A stretch of 64,000 nucleotides of DNA from Candidatus Latescibacterota bacterium. GTDB lineage: Bacteria; Latescibacterota; UBA2968. Both the position numbers and the translations under genes were made by a program. This document shows, in pieces, positions 56,710-64,000 of this stretch. The notes beneath the pieces are model-generated. The model saw nothing but the letters and a program-made list of their open reading frames with translations, ran no database searches and was not told the origin of the DNA. The stretch's first letter is position 1; each line of letters opens with the position of its first letter. The DNA is taken from the NCBI GenBank assembly GCA_965222605.1, contig OZ244960.1, positions 6,274,377-6,338,376 of the forward strand. Direction: 5' to 3'.

Positions 56710-58410
56710 ATGAACAATATGTTCAATATCTCAGATATGCAAGTGTCTTTGGGCGGGTTCCAATCCACTGTTGACCGCGCTTTGCAAACATGGTCAGAAA
56801 ATGGCAATACAGCTCGGCTGTGGCGCGGTGATGCCACACTCTGGTCGGGGGCTGATGAGGCCAACTGGCTGGGATGGCTCGATATCGCGCCTCAAATACG
56901 CGATCGTGCAGGTGACCTGCGCGCTTTTGCACAGCAGGTGCGCGATAGGGGGATAACGGATATTCTACTTTTGGGAATGGGTGGCAGCAGTTTGTGTCCC
57001 GAAGTGCTGGCGATGACTTTTGGCTGTCGGGAGGGTTGGCCCAGGTTGCATGTGTTGGATTCTACTATTCCCGCGCAGGTACAGCGGTTTGCCGATGCCG
57101 TAAATTTGGAGACGACACTTTGTATTGTCGCCAGCAAATCTGGAACGACAACCGAACCACACGCATTTTGCGAGTTCTTCTGGGCAAAAATGCAGGGAAC
57201 TATTGGCGATGCGGCGGGTCAGCACTTTATCGCCATTACAGATCCTGGTTCTGATCTGGAGACGCTTGCCAAAAAACGGGACTTTTTATCTATTTTTCAC
57301 GGTTTGCCAGAAATTGGCGGCAGATTTTCCGCGCTCTCAAATTTTGGGATGGTGCCCGCGGCGTTGATCGGTATTGATGTGCGAGAATTTTTAGAACGCG
57401 CAGTGACGATGGGAAAGCGGTGCAAAATATCGGACAACCAGAATCCCGGTCTTTTATTGGGCCTTGTGCTGGGTGAGTTGGCAAAAGCTGGGCGAGATAA
57501 AGTGACGCTTGTAACCTCTCCCAAATTGTGGGATTTGGGGGCGTGGTTAGAGCAACTTTTAGCCGAAAGCACGGGGAAAAATGGTCGGGGTCTCATACCT
57601 GTTGATTTAGAGGAGATTGCCGCGCCCGATGTGTATGGCGAAGATCGGGCATTTGTCTATATTCGTCTGAGTAGCGATGCAGACGCTGAACAGGATGCAG
57701 GCATAGAAAACCTGCGTGCGGCTAATTTCCCAGTTATTCAACTCGATGTGGCAGAACCATTAGAACTGGGAGCAGAGTTTTTTCGTTGGGAATATGCAAC
57801 TGCAGTGGCTGGCGCAGTTTTGAATATCAATCCCTTTGATCAGCCCAATGTGCAGGAGAGCAAAGATTTTACGGCGCAATTGACACAGGCTTATGAAAAA
57901 GAGGGAACATTACCGGGACAAACGCCGTTTTTTATTCATGATGACGTTGTGGTTTACGCCGATGCTGCTAACTCAGGAAATGTCGAAGATCTCGACGGTT
58001 GTATTGCTGGATTGCTCAATCTAATTCGGACGGACGACTATGTCGCACTGTGCGCTTATCTCGACATGAATGAAGACATTGTCGCTGTTTTACAGGCTCT
58101 GAGGCATCGGATAAGAAATGTATATCGGGTGGCTACCACATTGGGATTTGGTCCTCGATTCTTGCATTCTACAGGGCAATTGCACAAAGGGGGACCAAAC
58201 AATGTGGTGGTTGTGCAGTTGACCAGCGATGATGAGACGGATATGGATATTCCGGGACGGGCGTTCTCTTTTGGCGTGCTCAAACAAGCACAAGCTCTGG
58301 GCGATGCCCGCGCACTTTCAAGCAGAGAAAGACGGGCGATTCGCATTCATTTTAAGACAGATGTAGTTGCTGGCATCCATCAGGTGAAGCGAGGGGTAAG
58401 ACCAAAATAG
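56710..58410 (+). CDS. pgi: Glucose-6-phosphate isomerase (Tal/Pgi-type Pgi domain, standalone)
   Basis: LGMGGSSL, SKSGTTTE, IGGRFSALS, EQLLAESTGK, NPFDQPNVQESK, GPRFLHSTGQLHKGG. Confidence 0.9.
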   Translation: MNNMFNISDMQVSLGGFQSTVDRALQTWSENGNTARLWRGDATLWSGADEANWLGWLDIAPQIRDRAGDLRAFAQQVRDRGITDILLLGMGGSSLCPEVLAMTFGCREGWPRLHVLDSTIPAQVQRFADAVNLETTLCIVASKSGTTTEPHAFCEFFWAKMQGTIGDAAGQHFIAITDPGSDLETLAKKRDFLSIFHGLPEIGGRFSALSNFGMVPAALIGIDVREFLERAVTMGKRCKISDNQNPGLLLGLVLGELAKAGRDKVTLVTSPKLWDLGAWLEQLLAESTGKNGRGLIPVDLEEIAAPDVYGEDRAFVYIRLSSDADAEQDAGIENLRAANFPVIQLDVAEPLELGAEFFRWEYATAVAGAVLNINPFDQPNVQESKDFTAQLTQAYEKEGTLPGQTPFFIHDDVVVYADAANSGNVEDLDGCIAGLLNLIRTDDYVALCAYLDMNEDIVAVLQALRHRIRNVYRVATTLGFGPRFLHSTGQLHKGGPNNVVVVQLTSDDETDMDIPGRAFSFGVLKQAQALGDARALSSRERRAIRIHFKTDVVAGIHQVKRGVRPK

Positions 58411-58422
58411 AGAGGATTGAAT

Positions 58423-59421
58423 ATGGCACTGGCAGCAATGGATTTGATGCAAATTGCGAGCGACGATCACAAGACTGATTTTGCGAGCAAACTCCGCGAT
58501 GAGCAATTGGAACTCACGCGCAACCGATTGGATATTTTGCAGGTCAATGTCGGCAAGTTGTGCAATCAAGCGTGTCGTCACTGTCATGTAGATGCCAGCC
58601 CGATCCGCACAGAGATCATGACCCGAGAGACCATTGACCATATTCTATCATTTCTCGGAACATCCGATATTCAGACGGTTGACATCACCGGCGGCGCACC
58701 TGAGTTGATTCCAGATTTTTGCTATTTTGTCGAGCAAATACGCGAGCAAGGTCGTCGCGTGATGGTGCGCTGCAATTTAACCGTGATCTTTGAACTCGGA
58801 CAAGAAGACTTGCCTGAATTTTATCGCAAGCACGAAGTTGAATTGGTGTGTTCGCTGCCGTGTTATCTCGAAGAAAATGTGGATGAACAACGCGGGCGCG
58901 GTGTTTTTACCAAAAGCATACGGGCATTGCAGATTCTCAATGAAATTGGATATGGTCGTCCTGGCACGGGATTGGAACTCGATCTGGTCTATAATCCGGT
59001 CGGTGCGTCTTTACCCCCTCCACAGGCCGAACTCGAAGCCGATTACAAGGAAGAACTAAAAACCCGTTACAACATCGACTTTAATAAGCTCTACACCATT
59101 ACCAATATGCCCATCAGCCGATTTGAGGAATTTCTCAAACGCCGGGGCATTTACGACAGCTATATGCAGACTTTACAGGATAATTTTAACCCGCATACGG
59201 TCGATAATTTGATGTGTCGTTCGCTGATTAGCGTGGGCTGGCAGGGCGAGGTTTACGATTGTGACTTTAATCAAATGCTCGATATGTATTCTTGTGGGCG
59301 CGAAGTCAAACTATGGGAACTGACCGTTGAGGATCTGATTGGATGCGACGTGCGGGTGAGAGACCACTGCTTTGGATGCACTGCGGGCGCGGGAAGCAGT
59401 TGTGGGGGAGAGCTTTTGTAG
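58423..59421 (+). CDS. Radical SAM / Cys-rich domain protein, ArsS (arsenosugar) family
   Basis: LQVNVGKLCNQACRHCH, DITGGAPEL, YDCDFNQML, HCFGCTAGAGSSCGG. Confidence 0.9.
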   Translation: MALAAMDLMQIASDDHKTDFASKLRDEQLELTRNRLDILQVNVGKLCNQACRHCHVDASPIRTEIMTRETIDHILSFLGTSDIQTVDITGGAPELIPDFCYFVEQIREQGRRVMVRCNLTVIFELGQEDLPEFYRKHEVELVCSLPCYLEENVDEQRGRGVFTKSIRALQILNEIGYGRPGTGLELDLVYNPVGASLPPPQAELEADYKEELKTRYNIDFNKLYTITNMPISRFEEFLKRRGIYDSYMQTLQDNFNPHTVDNLMCRSLISVGWQGEVYDCDFNQMLDMYSCGREVKLWELTVEDLIGCDVRVRDHCFGCTAGAGSSCGGELL

Positions 59422-59459
59422 AAAGAAGAATTACTGACTACTAATACTTGATCGCTACG

Positions 59460-59488
59460 AAAAGGCACCCACGCAGGTGCCTTTTTTT
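59460..59488. terminator. Bidirectional terminator
   Basis: AAAAGGCACC-cacgca-GGTGCCTTTT. Confidence 0.8.
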
Positions 59489-61784
59489 ATATATCCAGCA
59501 CTATACGCAGTGTCTGTGGTGACAGGCAGCGCGTGCTGTCGCATGCTTGATATGTAAGCAGCAAAGAGAGGTTTTGCGGTCGGGTTTTGAAAGAGAGGGT
59601 GAGGGGCACGTTGAGGGCGTTGGTATAAACGGCAATGGCGCGCTCGGCAAAGGGAAATTGCAGGTCCTCAGCGGGTGGATAGTCGATTTGGGTGATTTCG
59701 GCACTGTCTGTATCCAGTGTGAGGCGCGTCGGGATGAGGTAATCATCGGTGGGATTGGATGCTTGAATATGCCAGCCGGACGCAATGTTCAGGCGCACAT
59801 TCACTTTGAGGGTGTTTACACTATCAGAAGATAAGACTGTTGCAGATGCAGTGACGAGGCTCTCTCGCGAAAGCATTGCGATGGGTGAGGATGCCATCAT
59901 TGTGCCGTGAATAAAGTGCAGGAGAGCACCCGGCGTATTCTCTGCGAGGGGAGCGAAGCTGTTGGTGAGCGATAGGGCGCGTTGGGCATATAGGGGATTC
60001 TGTGTCAATGTCCGAAGTTCCCATAAAACGTGCAAGGCTACGGCATTGCCAGAGGGCAGGGCACTGTCGTAAAAACTCTTGGTACGCACAATCATCTCAT
60101 TTTGACTCCGCGTGAGAAAATATCCGCCATTTAGCGTATCCCAAAATGCGGTATGCATCTGTTCTGAAAGCGATAGGGCGTCCTGGAGATAGCGGGCAGA
60201 ATGGGTTGCTCGATAGAGGGAAAGGAGGCCATCAATCAAAAAGGCGTAATCTTCCTGATAGGCCTCTCCTTTGTGCTGTCCCTCGCGATAGATGCGATAC
60301 AGGTCGCCATCTGCATTGCGGAGGTTGTTGTGAATAAAATCGGCGGCTTTTTGTGCGGCCACCAGGTACTCGGGTTGGGCGAGGACCTCGTAGGCGCGGG
60401 CATACGCGCCAATCATGAGGCCATTCCACGCTGTGATAATTTTGTCGTCGAGGAGAGGGCGGGGGCGTTGGCTGCGAGCGTTAAGGAGTTTTTCTTTTAG
60501 TGGGGATAGACGCGCGTGCAGGGTTGTGGCGTCGGTTTGATGGTAGGCTGATAGCGCGCTGTCTGTATCGGTTTTATAAATGACGCCTGACGAACCTTCG
60601 GGCATGGGCGCGAGTACATAACACGAGAGGAAGAAGTCGGCATCTTTTTTTAGTATCTGGCGAATGTCTTGCTCTGTCCAGGTATAATACGCGCCTTCTT
60701 CTGCTTCGGTTTCTGCGTCGAGAGCAGAGTAAAATCCGCCTTTGGAGTCTGTCATTTCGCGCGACACAAAGTCCAGAATTTCCTCTGTAGCAATGCGATA
60801 AGCCGTTTTATTGGTGATCTGGTATGCATCGAGAAAGTTGTGGGCGAGGAGGGCCTGATTGTAGAGCATTTTTTCAAAGTGCGGCACGCGCCATTGTGCA
60901 TCTGTTGCATAGCGATGAAAGCCGCCGCCGAGATGATCGCGAATGCCCCCCCGCGCCATGTGATTTAGTGTTTGCTCGACTATTGCGAGATATTTTGCAT
61001 GAGGATTTTGTCGATAAGCCGCCAGCAACAGGTTGATCGCGTGATCGGGCGGAAATTTCGGAGCTGTCCCCAGTCCGCCGTTGATGGGATCAAATCGCTT
61101 TTCTATATGGTCAATCGCTCTGGCAACCAGGTCTCCTTCCACTTTCTCTGAAACGCTACGTGTCGCGTGAATGCGCGCGATAGATTGCGATACCTGATCG
61201 GCATGTTTTTCGAGTTCCTGCCTCTTTTCCTGCCATGCCACATGAAGTGCCTGAATCACGCGCGGAAAGCCCGGGCGCCCCTGTGAATCTTCGGGGGGAA
61301 AGTACGTGCCGGCAAAAAAGGGTTTGAGGTCTGGGGTGAGAAAAACAGAGTTCGGCCATCCGCCGTGCCCGGTCATGAGTTGGGTGGCCGTCATGTAAAT
61401 TTCGTCGATATCCGGGCGTTCTTCGCGGTCAACCTTGATGTTCACAAAAAACTGATTCATCAAGTGGGCAATATCCGGATCCGAGAAAACCAGCCGTTCC
61501 ATGACATGGCACCAATAGCAACTCGAATATCCCACGGACAGAAAGATCGGTTTGTCCTCGCGGCGCGCTTTTGTGAGTGCTTCTTCTCCCCAGGGATACC
61601 AGTCAACGGGATTGTGTGCATGAAGGCGCAAATAAGGGCTGAGTTCTCCGCTGAGGCGATTTTGATGCGTGGGTGAGGGGGTGTGCTCGGAAGGATTTTC
61701 TGACGAATAAATACCCCACCAATAACCCGCAGCAATGGCGAGGATGACGATGGGAATGATCAGAAGGCGTTTGGCGATTGCCAT
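59487..61784 (-). CDS. YyaL/SSP411 (DUF255) thioredoxin-domain protein with C-terminal DsbD-N-like domain
   Basis: [38 protein letters not shown]; C-terminal GWHI...[12 protein letters not shown]; N-terminal TM. Confidence 0.9.
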   Translation of the reverse strand: MAIAKRLLIIPIVILAIAAGYWWGIYSSENPSEHTPSPTHQNRLSGELSPYLRLHAHNPVDWYPWGEEALTKARREDKPIFLSVGYSSCYWCHVMERLVFSDPDIAHLMNQFFVNIKVDREERPDIDEIYMTATQLMTGHGGWPNSVFLTPDLKPFFAGTYFPPEDSQGRPGFPRVIQALHVAWQEKRQELEKHADQVSQSIARIHATRSVSEKVEGDLVARAIDHIEKRFDPINGGLGTAPKFPPDHAINLLLAAYRQNPHAKYLAIVEQTLNHMARGGIRDHLGGGFHRYATDAQWRVPHFEKMLYNQALLAHNFLDAYQITNKTAYRIATEEILDFVSREMTDSKGGFYSALDAETEAEEGAYYTWTEQDIRQILKKDADFFLSCYVLAPMPEGSSGVIYKTDTDSALSAYHQTDATTLHARLSPLKEKLLNARSQRPRPLLDDKIITAWNGLMIGAYARAYEVLAQPEYLVAAQKAADFIHNNLRNADGDLYRIYREGQHKGEAYQEDYAFLIDGLLSLYRATHSARYLQDALSLSEQMHTAFWDTLNGGYFLTRSQNEMIVRTKSFYDSALPSGNAVALHVLWELRTLTQNPLYAQRALSLTNSFAPLAENTPGALLHFIHGTMMASSPIAMLSRESLVTASATVLSSDSVNTLKVNVRLNIASGWHIQASNPTDDYLIPTRLTLDTDSAEITQIDYPPAEDLQFPFAERAIAVYTNALNVPLTLSFKTRPQNLSLLLTYQACDSTRCLSPQTLRIVLDI

Positions 61785-61796
61785 ATCATCAGTTCC

Positions 61797-63029
61797 TCAA
61801 GCAACAAACGCGCGTTTGAGTTTGGCGACGGCTGTTAAAATATTGTCCATGTCTTCCCGATCGCCCAGCAGCATGTTTTGCAAGAACCAGATACTGGAGG
61901 CGCATATTGCTTCCACATGGGGACACGGCAACCGGCGAATCAGGTGTGGATGTCGTTCCATCACGGTTTTGAGGCCCCCCTCATCGGTTAAGGGCCGCTG
62001 ATAGCCCGGCGTGCAGGGAATGCCTTCGGCCTGCAAGGCCGCGATAAATTCATCGCGTGTTTTTCCGCCAAATGCCTCGCTATTGTAGCGCATCATATAC
62101 AGGTGATAGCCATGTTGGGTAACCCAGGGGTGCCATCGCGGCGGTTCTAATCCGCCAATTTCGTCCAGGGCCTTGCTGAGATAAGCCGCATTTTTATTGC
62201 GCAAATCAATTTGTGTTTCGAGTTTGGGCAGTCGTTTTAATAAAATGCCAGCAAGATATTCAGAGGTGCGATAATTCCAACCCAGACGGGGATATTCCCA
62301 TCGCTCGCCCCCGGGCCGCCGCCCCACATCGCGAAATGCCCAGGCACGGTCTCTGAGATCTCGATCATTGGTGAGAAGACAGCCGCCTTCGCCCGAGGTC
62401 AGATTTTTGCTCGACTGAAAGCTAAATGCCCCCACATGGCCCAAAGAACCCACTTTGCGGCCTTTGTGCTCGGCTCCGTGTGCCTGTGCGCAGTCTTCGA
62501 TGACTTTGAGGTTGTGCTTGCTCGCAATATCATTAAGTGCATCCATATCTGCCGGGTGTCCGCCGAGGTGAACGGGCAGGATCGCGACGGTCTGATCTGT
62601 GATAGCGGCTTCGGTTGCTTCGGGCGACATGGTGAAACTCACCGGATCAATATCGACCAGGGCAAGAGAGCACCGCACCGAGAGGGGCGCGCTTGCAGTG
62701 GCAATAAAGGTGTAGTTGGGAATGATGACTTCGCCGCTATCAACGAGGCCATCGAGGTCGAGCGCGGCAGATAATCCAGCCGCAATAGATGTGGTTCCGC
62801 TGGGCATCATCACGCCATAAGCCGCATCGCAATAGGCGGCAAATGCCTGTCCAAAGCGATGTCCCACAGGTGCGGGGAGACCCTCGGTTTGACCGAGATA
62901 GACTTCCTTGAGGATGGGAACGATTTCTTCTTCCCATTCCCGTTCTGTATTGTCTGGCCATGTCGGCCACGGCGACGCTTCTGTATCGCGCACGGGGACA
63001 CCACCATCTATTGCGAGTGTTTCTGACAT
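61797..63029 (-). CDS. DegT/DnrJ/EryC1/StrS family aminotransferase
   Basis: YTFIATA, PVHLGG, IEDCAQAHGA, FSFQSSKNLTSGEGG, GWNYR. Confidence 0.93.
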   Translation of the reverse strand: MSETLAIDGGVPVRDTEASPWPTWPDNTEREWEEEIVPILKEVYLGQTEGLPAPVGHRFGQAFAAYCDAAYGVMMPSGTTSIAAGLSAALDLDGLVDSGEVIIPNYTFIATASAPLSVRCSLALVDIDPVSFTMSPEATEAAITDQTVAILPVHLGGHPADMDALNDIASKHNLKVIEDCAQAHGAEHKGRKVGSLGHVGAFSFQSSKNLTSGEGGCLLTNDRDLRDRAWAFRDVGRRPGGERWEYPRLGWNYRTSEYLAGILLKRLPKLETQIDLRNKNAAYLSKALDEIGGLEPPRWHPWVTQHGYHLYMMRYNSEAFGGKTRDEFIAALQAEGIPCTPGYQRPLTDEGGLKTVMERHPHLIRRLPCPHVEAICASSIWFLQNMLLGDREDMDNILTAVAKLKRAFVA

Positions 63030-63065
63030 GTAAAGCTCCTTGTTGGACATTGAAGACAACGCGCC

Positions 63066-63094
63066 TTGACCCGTAGTCAGGCGGGATGTATATT
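63066..63094 (+). promoter_or_regulatory. Sigma70-like promoter
   Basis: TTGACC-N17-TATATT. Confidence 0.55.
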
Positions 63095-63165
63095 TAATTT
63101 GTCAGGCGATATCAAGGTACGATTTATAGACTGATTGTCAAGTTATCAAGAGAGGATGATTGACG

Positions 63166-64000
63166 ATGAACCTCGCAGGAATGTTGATGCAAAAAATTGA
63201 GGGTGAAGTGCGGTTTGATAAGATGTCGCGCATTCTTTATAGCACAGATGCGAGCATGTATGAAATTGAGCCTGTTGGCGTTGTTTTGCCCAAACACAAG
63301 CAGGATGTTTTGCATGTTATCAACCTCGCCAATGAACACGAGACACCGCTCATTCCCCGAGGTGGTGGCACCGGGCTTGCCGGTGGTGTAGTGGGCAGCG
63401 GTATTGTGATGGATATGTCGAAATATATGAATCGCATTCTCGACTTCAATGCCGATGAAGGTTGGGTCGTGGTCGAGCCTGGCGTGGTGCTCGATGAACT
63501 CAATGCATTTCTCAAACCACACGGATTGCAATTTGCGCCCGATGTGGCGACCAGTAGCCGCGCGACAATCGGGGGCATGGTAGCCAATAATTCTGCGGGT
63601 GCGCATTCGGTTATTTACGGGAAGACTATAGATCACGTTTTAGAACTCGATTTGATCTTGTCCGATGGCACAGAAATAACGGTGGGGGAGTTAGACGAGC
63701 CTGCGGTACAACAAAAATGCGAGCAACAAGACCTCGAAGGCCAGGCGTATCGGGAGGTGATCCGCATAGCGCGGGAGAATGCGGAAGAAATTGAGCGGCA
63801 ATATCCCAAAATTTTGCGACGGGTCGGCGGATATAATCTCGATGAATTTATCAAAAAGCAACCGTTCAATCTCGCGCGCATGGTCATTGGGTCTGAGGGT
63901 ACTCTGGCGACCGTTGTCGAGGCAAAGCTCAAAGTAATTCCACTGCCTCGGGCAAAGGTGCTGGGCATCGTTCAATTTAACGATCTGATTGCGTCTATGA
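63166..64000 (+). CDS. FAD-binding oxidoreductase (YdiJ/GlcD-like), runs off the window
   Basis: LYSTDASMY, PRGGGTGLAG, VEPGVVLDELN, ATIGGMVANNSAG, GYNLD, GSEGTLA. Confidence 0.9.
   Translation, partial: MNLAGMLMQKIEGEVRFDKMSRILYSTDASMYEIEPVGVVLPKHKQDVLHVINLANEHETPLIPRGGGTGLAGGVVGSGIVMDMSKYMNRILDFNADEGWVVVEPGVVLDELNAFLKPHGLQFAPDVATSSRATIGGMVANNSAGAHSVIYGKTIDHVLELDLILSDGTEITVGELDEPAVQQKCEQQDLEGQAYREVIRIARENAEEIERQYPKILRRVGGYNLDEFIKKQPFNLARMVIGSEGTLATVVEAKLKVIPLPRAKVLGIVQFNDLIASM

Noticed and set aside
63143-63165. TTATCAAGAGAGG resembles the 5' start of a SAM-I riboswitch
   Set aside because: The following GAGGGA..GGCCC..GCAACC core is absent, and the segment simply contains the RBS about 10 nt before ATG 63166.

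Overview
A 64-kb bacterial chromosomal window of about 50% GC. The cohesin/EF-hand/plant-type-LRR surface protein, the TamAB pair, TonB-dependent receptors and many toxin-antitoxin remnants suggest a Gram-negative, possibly sponge-associated lineage (inference only). Housekeeping and envelope genes include pyk, tamAB, an asparagine synthase-like protein, DUF362, an Sfp-type PPTase, two Zn-ribbon ABC exporters with DUF1854, sppA, two convergent Gld-type ABC operons, tandem TBDRs, mobA, PCD, GH88, DUF547, pgi, an ArsS-type radical SAM, a YyaL-like protein, a DegT aminotransferase and an FAD oxidoreductase. Three accessory/defence hotspots interrupt them: 1-9750, 28120-32940 and 39540-41190. Main observations: (i) a tightly coupled operon of an unknown gene, an unknown helical protein, a fused double SPPY-type DNA methyltransferase and a TIR protein; (ii) defence-like AAA-ATPase cassettes flanked by diverged duplicate copies of neighbouring genes' 3' ends, with no integrase visible; (iii) an Rpn-family nuclease with a strong intragenic RBS+ATG (RpnS-type antitoxin start) and an orphan second C-terminus; (iv) a 53-aa ORF missed by the ORF track that shares a YYTxxEAExLGI motif with both adjacent TBDRs; (v) a candidate ~160-nt sRNA or attenuator. 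I saw no rRNA, tRNA or CRISPR array. All family calls come from motifs recognised by eye, not from database searches.
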